Below, in pieces: positions 27,812-36,558 of a stretch of DNA of 64,000 nt (position 1 is its first letter; every line of letters starts with the position of its first letter). The notes under the pieces were generated by a model that did no database searches, was not told where the DNA came from, and was given only the letters and a program-made list of their open reading frames with translations. The translations under genes were made by a program, and so were the position numbers. The stretch comes from an uncultured virus (IMG/VR IMGVR_UViG_3300021431_000014) (Duplodnaviria; Heunggongvirae; Uroviricota; Caudoviricetes): the IMG/VR virus record IMGVR_UViG_3300021431_000014. One strand, written 5' to 3'.

Positions 27812-28089
27812 TGACCAAAGAAAAAATTTATGAGTGGTTAAACATGCAGATTGAAGCTAATGAAATTTTGAATATTCCACTTGATACGGAAAATCCTACT
27901 TATATCTGTATGGCAGGATTTACCGGTGCGAAAAGTGTACACATCTACGGAATTGATAGGTTGTGCAAAGAGTTGGGCGTTGAGTGTGAGGTAGAAAAAG
28001 ATTATACAAAAGAATATGACCTGCATTATTTCATGTATAACGGATATAAGATTTACGGATTAGCTGAGAAAGAAGGTGTTGAAGTATGA
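27811..28089 (+). CDS. hypothetical protein
   Basis: 92-aa ORF, AGGAGG RBS. Confidence 0.6.
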   Translation: MTKEKIYEWLNMQIEANEILNIPLDTENPTYICMAGFTGAKSVHIYGIDRLCKELGVECEVEKDYTKEYDLHYFMYNGYKIYGLAEKEGVEV

Positions 28090-28307
28090 AAGGACAGAAA
28101 GTCAGAGTATTACAGCATTTGAAATCTCACGGTAGTTTGACAAGTATGGAGGCATTTGAAAAGTACGGTATCACAAGGCTATCAGCTGTGATATTTGAAT
28201 TGAGAAAACTCGGACATGATATTATAACGTATGATATGGAAGGTCAGAATAGATACGGCGAAACGACAAGATATGCAAAGTATGTTCTGTGCGGAGGAAA
28301 AGACTGA
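28086..28307 (+). CDS. winged-HTH DNA-binding protein
   Basis: Q..RVLQHL...GSLTSMEAFEKYGITRLSAVIFELRKLGHDI. Confidence 0.75.
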   Translation: MKGQKVRVLQHLKSHGSLTSMEAFEKYGITRLSAVIFELRKLGHDIITYDMEGQNRYGETTRYAKYVLCGGKD

Positions 28308-28498
28308 TGCGAGGTGTAGTAAATACTAAAAAGTATCTTGGTGTAAGTTTAAAAAGCGGTGAATATAAGCAATATTTGTGGGATAATGTTACGTTTGACG
28401 CACCGACAGGGAATTTGGTTGTTCGGGATTTAAACGGCGAATTAGTATTGTTTGTACCACTGAATAATATAGAATATTATGAAAGGATAGAAGAGTAA
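28307..28498 (+). CDS. hypothetical protein
   Basis: GGAGG RBS, coupled to neighbours. Confidence 0.55.
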   Translation: MRGVVNTKKYLGVSLKSGEYKQYLWDNVTFDAPTGNLVVRDLNGELVLFVPLNNIEYYERIEE

Positions 28499-29530
28499 AT
28501 GGCTGTAAAATCACTTGCTATAAAATATAGACCGAAAACATGGGAAGACGTAACAGAGCAATCATCTACAAAGCTGATTCTGCAACAACAGCTTGATAGC
28601 GGAGAAGTGAAGAACGCATATTTGTTTTGCGGACCGGCAGGGTGCGGTAAAACGACTTGTGCTAGAATTTTTGCGAATGATATTAATAAAGGCGAGGGTA
28701 ATCCAATAGAACTTGATGCCGCCAGTAACAATGGTGTAGATGATGTAAGAGAAATCATTCAGCAGGCAAAGACAAAGAGTTTGGACAGCGAGTATAAAAT
28801 CTTCATTATTGACGAGTGTCATGCACTCAGTAATTCAGCTTGGCAAGCTATGTTAAAGATTATTGAAGAGCCGCCTGCAAAGAGTATTTTTATATTCGCA
28901 ACTACTGACCCACAGAAAATCCCAAAGACAATTCTTTCAAGAGTACAGAGATACGACTTTCAGAGAATAAGTACACAGGGAATTGTAAAAAGATTGGATT
29001 ATATTCTTGATAATGAACGTGATGAAGATGATGCTCATGATATGGATGCCATTGAGTATATAGCTAAATTGAGTGAAGGCGGGTGTCGAGACGCAATTAC
29101 TATGCTTGATAAGTGTTTGGCATATTCAAAAGATTTAACACTTGAAAATGTGGTAAAAGCATTAGGAACTACAGACTATGATACTATGTTTAAACTCACT
29201 GATTGTTTAATCTTCAATCAGCCGAAAGATGCAGTTAAGATTATCGAAAATATCTTTAATGACGGTAAGGATTTGAAAACATTTGTTCGCCAGTACGTTC
29301 AGTTTTTGCTTGATTTGTCCAAGTACGGTATCGGATGTGAGTGGAAATACTTACAGTTGCCAAAACTGGAATCTTATGAAAAGTGGTTGAAAGAATGTGA
29401 TAACATTACATTTGATGTTATACAAAGATGGTTGTCAGTTTTCGTAAATCTTAATGCAGATATCAAATGGTCGCAGTCAGTGAAATATGATATTGAAGCA
29501 CAGATTGTGTTAGAGTGTATGGAGATTTAA
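28499..29530 (+). CDS. dnaX: clamp loader gamma/tau subunit
   Basis: LAIKYRP, GPAGCGKTT, ELDAAS, IIDECH, LKIIEEPP, TILSR. Confidence 0.92.
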   Translation: MAVKSLAIKYRPKTWEDVTEQSSTKLILQQQLDSGEVKNAYLFCGPAGCGKTTCARIFANDINKGEGNPIELDAASNNGVDDVREIIQQAKTKSLDSEYKIFIIDECHALSNSAWQAMLKIIEEPPAKSIFIFATTDPQKIPKTILSRVQRYDFQRISTQGIVKRLDYILDNERDEDDAHDMDAIEYIAKLSEGGCRDAITMLDKCLAYSKDLTLENVVKALGTTDYDTMFKLTDCLIFNQPKDAVKIIENIFNDGKDLKTFVRQYVQFLLDLSKYGIGCEWKYLQLPKLESYEKWLKECDNITFDVIQRWLSVFVNLNADIKWSQSVKYDIEAQIVLECMEI

Positions 29531-29532
29531 GT

Positions 29533-30435
29533 ATGATTGGTCAGAAAGAGTTAAGAACACGAATTGAACAGCTTATTGAAAACGGTACATTTCCTCGGTT
29601 CAGCATTTTTGTTGGACCGAAGGGAAGTGGCAAAAAAACATTTGTCAGTTGGATTACCACTAAACTAGCAACACAAAGCATGTTATCGTATAGTTATAGG
29701 TGTCCTGATGTAAAAATAGATACGATAAGACAAATTATAGAAGATGCTTATAAAACAATACTGTCTACAAATATTTATGTTATTCCAGATGCTGATAATA
29801 TGTCAAATGCCGCTAAAAATGCACTTTTGAAAGTTACAGAAGAACCACCTAATGAAGCGTATTTCATAATGACATTAGAGGATGAAAATAATACTCTTGA
29901 AACAATCAGAAGTCGCGGAACAGTGTTTCATATGGATAGATACACACCAGATGAAATTATGCAATATATAACAGAAAAGTACGGCAGTACGGCAGATGAT
30001 AATATTGACATATTTAAAGGTATATGTGATACTCCCGGCGATGCTGATATATTAGCAAAGTGTGGTGTGAAAAGTTTTTACGAGTATGTACAATTAGTAG
30101 TAGATAATATAGCAGAGGTATCACTTGCCAATGCTTTTAAGATTCCGAGTAAAGTAGCATTGAAAGAAGATGCAGAAGGATATGATTTTACTTTATTTCT
30201 AAAGTGTATGATAGTTGTATGTTCAGATAGAATGCAACAAAATGTGATATATGCAGAAGTTGTACAATGTATATCCAGATATTTACAGAAAGCAAGAATA
30301 AAAGGCATCAATAGGACTATGTTACTGGATAATTTAATTTTAGATGTTCGGAAATTATTAATTAAGAATAAACGTGGAATTTATGGAGAGATTATAGATG
30401 GACGTAAGTACATTAAAAGCAAAGATAAAATCTAA
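29533..30435 (+). CDS. holB: clamp loader delta-prime-like subunit
   Basis: GPKGSGKK, ADNMSNAAKNALLKVTEEPP, TIRSR. Confidence 0.8.
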   Translation: MIGQKELRTRIEQLIENGTFPRFSIFVGPKGSGKKTFVSWITTKLATQSMLSYSYRCPDVKIDTIRQIIEDAYKTILSTNIYVIPDADNMSNAAKNALLKVTEEPPNEAYFIMTLEDENNTLETIRSRGTVFHMDRYTPDEIMQYITEKYGSTADDNIDIFKGICDTPGDADILAKCGVKSFYEYVQLVVDNIAEVSLANAFKIPSKVALKEDAEGYDFTLFLKCMIVVCSDRMQQNVIYAEVVQCISRYLQKARIKGINRTMLLDNLILDVRKLLIKNKRGIYGEIIDGRKYIKSKDKI

Positions 30436-31342
30436 GCAGTTACCTAACTATCTTATATTTTCCGGACCGGAATGGAAAGTACAGGAAATATATATCAATC
30501 AGATATCGAAGATAACCGGTAAAGAGATAAAGCGTGTAGATTCAATCACTGATATATATAGCCAGTTACGAAACAAGTCGCTGATGAAAAAACCCGTTAT
30601 CTACATAGTTCGTGATGATAAAGAACTTATGACGAATGAGAAGATACAGCAACAGATTGAGAGCGTGTTAGCTGATAATATGCTCATACACGTGCTTACA
30701 AGCGTTGATAAGCGCACTAAATACTATAAAGCGTATAAAGATACTATCGTTGAATTTGAAGCGTTAAATGAAGCGATTTTGAAGAAGTACATAAAGAAGG
30801 AAATCAATCTGTCAGACAAGAATTGTTCTATTCTGATAGAGATATGCGAACACGATTACGGTAGGATTCTGTTAGAGATTGATAAGATAAAGAGGTATGC
30901 ACAAGCACATCCAGAAGAATTTGATGATGTTGGATTTGATACATATTTTAAGAGACTTATGGAAGATGGAACAATATATGAACCTCCATATGATGCTATC
31001 TTTGATTTAGTGGACGCAATACTCGACAGGAAAGTAAATAAAGCATTTAACCTATTACAGCAATCATATGCAGTAGGTGAAGCAACGATGGTTATGTTGT
31101 CAGTTCTTTATACTAACGCAAAAGCAGTTTTACAAGTACAGACATACGAAGGAAACAATTTAAGTAAAGCTACAGGATTAACCTGGTTTCAGATAAAAAA
31201 CGCTAAAGCGCACGTGAACAAGTACAGCGAGGAGGAGCTAATCTACATAGTTCAACTGGTACAGAAGATTGAAAGTGGTATTAAGACTGGGCGAATGGAA
31301 GATGAGTTTGCTATGCAGTATTTATTGACACACATAATGTGA
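30398..31342 (+). CDS. holA: clamp loader delta-like subunit
   Basis: YLIFSG.E, DKRTKYYK, EIDKI, IFDLVDAIL, E.GIKTG; follows dnaX and holB. Confidence 0.75.
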   Translation: MDVSTLKAKIKSKQLPNYLIFSGPEWKVQEIYINQISKITGKEIKRVDSITDIYSQLRNKSLMKKPVIYIVRDDKELMTNEKIQQQIESVLADNMLIHVLTSVDKRTKYYKAYKDTIVEFEALNEAILKKYIKKEINLSDKNCSILIEICEHDYGRILLEIDKIKRYAQAHPEEFDDVGFDTYFKRLMEDGTIYEPPYDAIFDLVDAILDRKVNKAFNLLQQSYAVGEATMVMLSVLYTNAKAVLQVQTYEGNNLSKATGLTWFQIKNAKAHVNKYSEEELIYIVQLVQKIESGIKTGRMEDEFAMQYLLTHIM

Positions 31343-31351
31343 GGAATTGCT

Positions 31352-31534
31352 ATGATTGAAAGTATAGATGCGAGAAAACCGCACAGAGTATCAGAGGTGA
31401 TATGTGTTAGATGCGGTAAGCGTTGGATATCTATTAGACCGGAAGGAACACTTCTGAAGCATTTAGAATGTGAAAATTGCGGTGCAGGATATGTAATTGA
31501 AACAGGACAAATTTTAGATGTTGATTGGAGGTGA
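31352..31534 (+). CDS. zinc-ribbon protein
   Basis: CVRC...CENC. Confidence 0.65.
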   Translation: MIESIDARKPHRVSEVICVRCGKRWISIRPEGTLLKHLECENCGAGYVIETGQILDVDWR

Positions 31535-31540
31535 TACACA

Positions 31541-31792
31541 ATGAGTGTGATTAACAGAGAGGATGCCATAACCGAGTTAATGTCAATACTTCCGAAACTT
31601 GACCGAGGACTCATTCATTGGACAGGCGTTAAAGCTATGCTAGAAGCACTACCCCCTGCACAGTCCGAACGCAAGACAGGGCGGTGCAGAAAATGTGCCC
31701 ATGCTGTTTGTGGGAGTCCTTATGATGGTGATGATGGATGGTGTTTGTATGCGTATGCGGAAGAAGGAGAAAATAATGATAATAGCAAGTAA
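31541..31792 (+). CDS. hypothetical protein
   Basis: I.REDAI...LPPAQ phage motif, GGAGGTG RBS. Confidence 0.6.
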   Translation: MSVINREDAITELMSILPKLDRGLIHWTGVKAMLEALPPAQSERKTGRCRKCAHAVCGSPYDGDDGWCLYAYAEEGENNDNSK

Positions 31793-31958
31793 TGGTAATG
31801 TTTCGGTGCATGGTGATAATGTAACAATATTGGCAGAATTTTGTTCCATTGTCGAGAGTTTATTGATAAAGGAAGTGGCCGACTGGGATAATATTACATT
31901 TTGTATGAATATGGTAAAAGAGATGGTTGAAAAATCACAAGGAGGTGATGAAGAGTAA
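31776..31958 (+). CDS. hypothetical protein
   Basis: AAGGAG RBS; resembles 24208..24450. Confidence 0.55.
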   Translation: MIIASNGNVSVHGDNVTILAEFCSIVESLLIKEVADWDNITFCMNMVKEMVEKSQGGDEE

Positions 31959-32120
31959 ATGGAAGAAAATAAGGAGTATGAATATTGTTTAAGATGCGGT
32001 CGTAAATTAAAGAAACCTGAAACAAGGAAGATAGGTTACGGAACAGTTTGTGCCAGAAAAATGAAGGTAGAGGAGAGTCAAAGGTTATTTAGAATAAGAC
32101 ACGAAAATGCCAGTAAGTAG
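31959..32120 (+). CDS. small DUF6011-type zinc-finger protein (53 aa)
   Basis: Read by hand: CLRCGRKLKKPETRKIGYGTVC; GGAGGTG RBS. Confidence 0.65.
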   Translation: MEENKEYEYCLRCGRKLKKPETRKIGYGTVCARKMKVEESQRLFRIRHENASK

Positions 32121-32127
32121 ATATATA

Positions 32128-32161
32128 AAAAAGACCTGCCATACAGCAGGTCTTTATTTTT
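32128..32161. terminator. bidirectional rho-independent terminator ending the replication module
   Basis: AAAGACCTGC/GCAGGTCTTT stem with A-tract before and T-tract after. Confidence 0.8.
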
Positions 32162-32220
32162 GTCAAGTAAAAAATCGTTTCTTATTATATATAAGAAGCA
32201 AATCTTTTTTAAAATAACGC

Positions 32221-32249
32221 TTGACAATCATTAGAGTACATGATAATAT
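32221..32249 (+). promoter_or_regulatory. early-type promoter with upstream A/T tracts
   Basis: TTGACA...TACATGATAATA; same layout at 33302 and 34143. Confidence 0.65.
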
Positions 32250-32293
32250 AGTATCAGATAGTAAATCAGCTATGAACACGAAAGGAGAAAACT

Positions 32294-32632
32294 ATGAACA
32301 ATTTAGAGATGGGAAAAGTTTATACAGGATGGTATTTTCAGCTGGGTAGAAAGGAAGTGTTTTGTGTATCTAATAAGGTACGCAAAACAACCACACTTCT
32401 TTCTAGTATTTTGAAGAAACTGAATATCCCAGATAATCAGGATACCAGAGCCGAGTTAAAATATTATTTGATGCCGGCAAATCTGGAAATTAAATTCTGC
32501 CCAGCTATTGCAGAGTTTAATACGCCCGACCATTATTACTATAATATTTTCGGCAAGAATTTTAGTGGTTTTGGTTCTGAAGACATTAACGATGGCAAAA
32601 CTATCGTTATCAATTTAGAGGAGGGAAAATAA
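32294..32632 (+). CDS. hypothetical protein
   Basis: GAAAGGAG RBS after the promoter. Confidence 0.7.
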   Translation: MNNLEMGKVYTGWYFQLGRKEVFCVSNKVRKTTTLLSSILKKLNIPDNQDTRAELKYYLMPANLEIKFCPAIAEFNTPDHYYYNIFGKNFSGFGSEDINDGKTIVINLEEGK

Positions 32633-32784
32633 TGAGTATAGAGCAGATGTGGGAAAAATTATTAGAGATTGGCGTTTCTGAGGAAACGCTCCGTGTTGTA
32701 ACTGATATTAACGGTTATTCCGAAGAAACTATGGAAGATATTTTATATGCGGTTGCTGGTGAGCGCAGTTTTGATAATGTGTAA
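32632..32784 (+). CDS. small acidic protein (50 aa)
   Basis: Read by hand: MSIEQMWEKLLEIGVSEETL... Confidence 0.6.
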   Translation: MSIEQMWEKLLEIGVSEETLRVVTDINGYSEETMEDILYAVAGERSFDNV

Positions 32785-32796
32785 GGAGGCATTGAT

Positions 32797-32997
32797 ATGA
32801 ATAAAATTATGGACAATACTTATTATGGACCGGATAGTGAAATCAATCATTATCCGAAAGCAACTGATGACCGTAGAAAGCGATGTGGGTATGCTTGTTG
32901 GTGCAGTACCTGTAGGCATAGGTTATCTGCAAATTATGATTACCCAGGTGAGCATCCCCTGAGATGTACATATGTATTGATGTCGGAGGTGTGGTAA
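32797..32997 (+). CDS. hypothetical Cys-rich protein
   Basis: AAGGAGG RBS. Confidence 0.6.
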   Translation: MNKIMDNTYYGPDSEINHYPKATDDRRKRCGYACWCSTCRHRLSANYDYPGEHPLRCTYVLMSEVW

Positions 32998-33209
32998 TGG
33001 TAAAACTTGGTCAGACTACTACTGGAACTAATAAAGGTGTTAAGTATCTTTGGTTAGTTAGAGATTTAGGGTTATATAAGCATCCAGAGTTCCGTAAAGA
33101 GTGCTATGTGGTCATGGCATTCAACGGAAAGGGTTGGTGGACTATGTTCAATGGGACATTAAAGCAGTGTCGAGATTTTATCGGCAATGAAACTGTTGTG
33201 GAAGTTTGA
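32997..33209 (+). CDS. hypothetical protein
   Basis: GGAGGTG RBS. Confidence 0.6.
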   Translation: MVKLGQTTTGTNKGVKYLWLVRDLGLYKHPEFRKECYVVMAFNGKGWWTMFNGTLKQCRDFIGNETVVEV

Positions 33210-33301
33210 CACATCTACAAAGTTGGGCGCAGGTCATATATGCGATATGCGCCTGACCAGAAGTAGCAATAAATAAATTGAGTTTATTTTTAAAATAGTG
33301 C

Positions 33302-33342
33302 TTGACATATATTATACTACATGTTAATATGTATATGTCAAG
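33302..33342 (+). promoter_or_regulatory. early-type promoter inside an inverted repeat
   Basis: TTGACA...ACTACATGTTAATA, flanked by CTTGACATAT/ATATGTCAAG. Confidence 0.6.
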
Positions 33343-33374
33343 TAAATAAGACGCACTCACGAAAGGAGAACACT

Positions 33375-33617
33375 ATGGCAATACGGGATACTTTTAAAAC
33401 AAAGAGGGCTATGATTGATGCCCTGGAGAAAGTCTTCAATAATATTGATTATCTGGTGAATGACTTGAAGGATACGATTGACCGTAATAATGAAGCCATC
33501 AAAGAAGATGGTGTGTCCGATTACCTTAAGGAATCGTATGCAGAATCCAATGAGGATTATGCGCGCCAGCTTAAGGCGTTTGACACCATTACCAAGACCC
33601 TGGAGAAGTTAATCTGA
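33375..33617 (+). CDS. hypothetical coiled-coil protein
   Basis: GAAAGGAG RBS. Confidence 0.65.
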   Translation: MAIRDTFKTKRAMIDALEKVFNNIDYLVNDLKDTIDRNNEAIKEDGVSDYLKESYAESNEDYARQLKAFDTITKTLEKLI

Positions 33618-33678
33618 TATAGAACCAGCACTCAATACTTCCCGAGCCCGCCGGGTAAAGCGGGCAGAAAGGATAAAA

Positions 33679-34008
33679 ATGACGAACAAGGAATTTATTA
33701 AGGCATATGTGGATGGATACAGAACCGAGGGAGCACATGGTAGAATGGCGTATAAGGATGGGAGACTCATTTCTTACCGCACCGTTATCTGCGATATCAA
33801 CCGCAGAGAAAAGACGGCGTATTTTAACACCAAGAAGTATAGCGCAACCACATCGAGGTTACAGAATACCCTGCTGACGATGTTGGAAGCAGATGGCTAT
33901 ACCGTGGAGAAATATGAAGGAGAGGAAGCATATATCTGGGATTATCAAGACGCCCGGTATAGAACGGTAACCGTTGATGATGTGGTATATAATGCCTACG
34001 GTGGTTGA
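33679..34008 (+). CDS. hypothetical protein
   Basis: L.SY.T.I...YS.TTSR.Q motif; GAAAGGA RBS. Confidence 0.65.
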   Translation: MTNKEFIKAYVDGYRTEGAHGRMAYKDGRLISYRTVICDINRREKTAYFNTKKYSATTSRLQNTLLTMLEADGYTVEKYEGEEAYIWDYQDARYRTVTVDDVVYNAYGG

Positions 34009-34036
34009 TATCGTGCGCATACACGTGTATATAATA

Positions 34037-34066
34037 AGAGGGTTCGCAATCGAGCCCTCTTTTTTT
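34037..34066 (+). terminator. rho-independent terminator
   Basis: AGAGGGTTCG/CGAGCCCTCT plus T-tract. Confidence 0.8.
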
Positions 34067-34142
34067 GTTTGGTATGATTATCTATTTTGAATTGTATGTA
34101 CAATTTATTAAAAAGTCTATACATTCCATTTTAAATTATTTC

Positions 34143-34171
34143 TTGACAAACGTTATACTACATGATAATAT
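34143..34171 (+). promoter_or_regulatory. early-type promoter
   Basis: TTGACA...ACTACATGATAATA. Confidence 0.65.
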
Positions 34172-34321
34172 TAATGTATCAAAAGATAGAATCTAACTGA
34201 ATCAGTAACGCCCCTGCCGTTGTGTCAATGGAGCGGGGACCGTGAAAAGTAAGAAGATTTTATCTACCGTATCTTGAAAATTAAATAAGCACTATGGAGA
34301 ATATATAAAGGAGGAAAGGTA

Positions 34322-34435
34322 ATGACTTTTAATGAATGGTTGAATGAATTATACGGATGTGAGGTCGATGTATGCGACCTCACAGAGGAAGATGCCGCAG
34401 AACTTTATGCTGAGTATGAAAAGGAGGAAAGGTAA
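34322..34435 (+). CDS. small acidic peptide (37 aa)
   Basis: Read by hand: MTFNEWLNELYGCEVDVCDLTEEDAAELYAEYEKEER; AAGGAGG RBS. Confidence 0.55.
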   Translation: MTFNEWLNELYGCEVDVCDLTEEDAAELYAEYEKEER

Positions 34436-34436
34436 C

Positions 34437-34871
34437 ATGACAAACGCTATGATTATTATGGCAGAACAGGTAAAACTTCAGCAGAATGGTGTTCTTCAGT
34501 TTACTGGACGAATTTTAAAAATGATATCTCCAGCAGGTGATGAAATTGAATATCCAGAGATTCAGCCGATTCATACATATAACGGTTGGAAAGCACGTGG
34601 GTATCAGGTGAAGAAAGGACAGAAGGCAATAGTAAAGTTCCCTATCTGGAAATATACGAAAGGTAAGAAGAAGGATATGGATGAGGAAGAGGCCCAGGCA
34701 AAAGGATATTGCTTTATGAAAAACAGTGCTTGGTTTTCAGATGCACAGGTAGAACCTATAAAATCTGATGATAGTACCGGGGTTACATCCAATAGGAAAG
34801 ATTCTGGTTCGCCATATGATGTAAACAGCGCCACGTTTGATGAGGAGTTATATGACAGGGAGCAGGCATAA
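34437..34871 (+). CDS. ArdC N-terminal-like ssDNA-binding (possible anti-restriction) protein
   Basis: HTYNGWKARGYQVKKGQKAI...F...QVE motif. Confidence 0.65.
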   Translation: MTNAMIIMAEQVKLQQNGVLQFTGRILKMISPAGDEIEYPEIQPIHTYNGWKARGYQVKKGQKAIVKFPIWKYTKGKKKDMDEEEAQAKGYCFMKNSAWFSDAQVEPIKSDDSTGVTSNRKDSGSPYDVNSATFDEELYDREQA

Positions 34872-34897
34872 CGCTTGCTCCTAGAAAGGAGAAAATA

Positions 34898-35068
34898 ATG
34901 AAACGTTTTTATGTGGTGTATCTATATCAGAAAAATCCAGTATGCGGAACATGGATTACCGCGGACACAAAAGAGGAAGCATATCTTTCGGCAGAGTTTA
35001 AGTTAATGTGTATGCTTCCCAATGTGGTTTACGATGACCTCGCAATTACAGATGAAAAGCTGGCATAA
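34898..35068 (+). CDS. small hypothetical protein (56 aa)
   Basis: Read by hand: GAAAGGAG RBS, MKRFYVVYLYQ...; ends in terminator AAAAGCTGGC/GCCAGCTTTT. Confidence 0.6.
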   Translation: MKRFYVVYLYQKNPVCGTWITADTKEEAYLSAEFKLMCMLPNVVYDDLAITDEKLA

Positions 35069-35160
35069 TCGCCAGCTTTTTAGTAAAAGATAGTAATTGA
35101 CTATTAGAAGGTGAAGCCCAAAGTTGACGCTCATCTACAAAGTTCGAAAGGAGCATATAT

Positions 35161-35532
35161 ATGAGGAAGTATAATTTGGTGGCAGATGTAACGTGTATGT
35201 GGCCAGATGGCCATGTGGAGCGGGAGGAGTTTAAGTGTGTTATCAAGGCAGAGGATGAGACCGAAGCAGTTAATCAGTTTATATGCAAGGTCTATGATTT
35301 ATACGATGAAAAAGAGTTTAAGGTCGAGGTCGATAATGTACGATGGAAAGATTTAGGACCAGTGCCAGTGCATATGTTTGGTACCACAGCAAAGGAAACG
35401 CTAACCGTCCGGGAATTAAAAGAGAAGTTATCCCAGTTTGATGATGATGCACCAGTATATATACTGGATACATCAACGCCACTTATGGAACCACAGGCTA
35501 TCACCAGATTTACCATAGGACTGGAAGATTAG
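35161..35532 (+). CDS. hypothetical protein
   Basis: 123-aa ORF, C-terminal TVRELKEKLSQFDDD motif. Confidence 0.6.
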   Translation: MRKYNLVADVTCMWPDGHVEREEFKCVIKAEDETEAVNQFICKVYDLYDEKEFKVEVDNVRWKDLGPVPVHMFGTTAKETLTVRELKEKLSQFDDDAPVYILDTSTPLMEPQAITRFTIGLED

Positions 35533-35846
35533 AGTACATGAGCATTTTTGGACACCCAGAAATCGAGGTTCGTTTTATGAAATGAATAACCGATTTCTGG
35601 GTGCTTTTTATTGCATAGGAAAGGAAGTCGTTTTTGTATCATATGCCCATAGGAAAAGAGCCGCGGCGGTAGAGAAAATAAGGGGAAAAGGATAGCAATC
35701 ATTACATTGATAACCATATTAAATATACCACCAGTAGTAAGAATACATATATAGGATATAAACATAGTATAGGGAAAAACTACACGAGGAGAAATAGTTC
35801 CCGCAGGCACGGAAAACCGAAACGTTTCGGGGAAATTTTGTCCGCA

Positions 35847-36144
35847 GGACGAGGTCAGGTCGTACCGTAGGCTGGGTGCTATCGTTTTAGGGACGCGGTG
35901 AGATAGCCTTGAGGACGAGGTCATGTAGTTTTCAATACTACATCGGTTAGACGGCGCTAACATGACCAGCGGACGAGGTGAGGTCGTATGGCATACTGCC
36001 TCATGTAGTATCGAAAACTATGTGTGGTAGTGTGCTATACTAGGTTGGGCATGTAGTAATGAATACTACATGAGATAGTATTCGGAGACACCAAATTCAG
36101 CTCCTGACTTAAAAACTACATGATATAGTATTGAAAACTACATG
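35847..36144. repeat. cluster of operator-like palindromes and direct repeats
   Basis: CATGTAGT-N7-ACTACATG variants at 35922, 36002, 36050, 36122; GGACGAGGT at 35847, 35913, 35971. Confidence 0.75.
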
Positions 36145-36558
36145 CACGGCAACAGGACGTACCTGTTCTATAACATATAGCATAGATCCCTAGGGGGCAG
36201 CAGGCAGCGGGTGAGTCTGGGAGCCTGGGTTCAGGATGCGGCAGCAGGATACCGGTGCTATCGTGCGCATGTATATATAATAAGAAGAAACTCCTTCGTG
36301 TAACATTTCTGTAATATTTTTTAACACTTTTGAGATAAACCTTAACTAAATCTTAAACGTTATACTACATGTTTTGTAACATGCATACTGTAAGATGTAG
36401 CCATAAGATAAAGAAAGATACATCGACACTCCACCGTGAACACGCCGGGGAGCAAGCCACTTGACAGGGCGCACAACATATTGACAGCACCGAACCTTGA
36501 AAACTGAATATAGAAAGCACTCAATACTCAAAACACTACAGATAGGAGGAAAAAAACA

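Noticed and set aside
35529..35963. 144-aa minus-strand ORF in the non-coding gap
   Set aside because: Runs through the repeat array, no convincing RBS, against the genome-wide strand bias
35847..36144. Possible CRISPR or mini-array
   Set aside because: Repeats are short, degenerate and irregularly spaced; the Cas4-like gene at 17041 sits in a recombination module with no other cas genes
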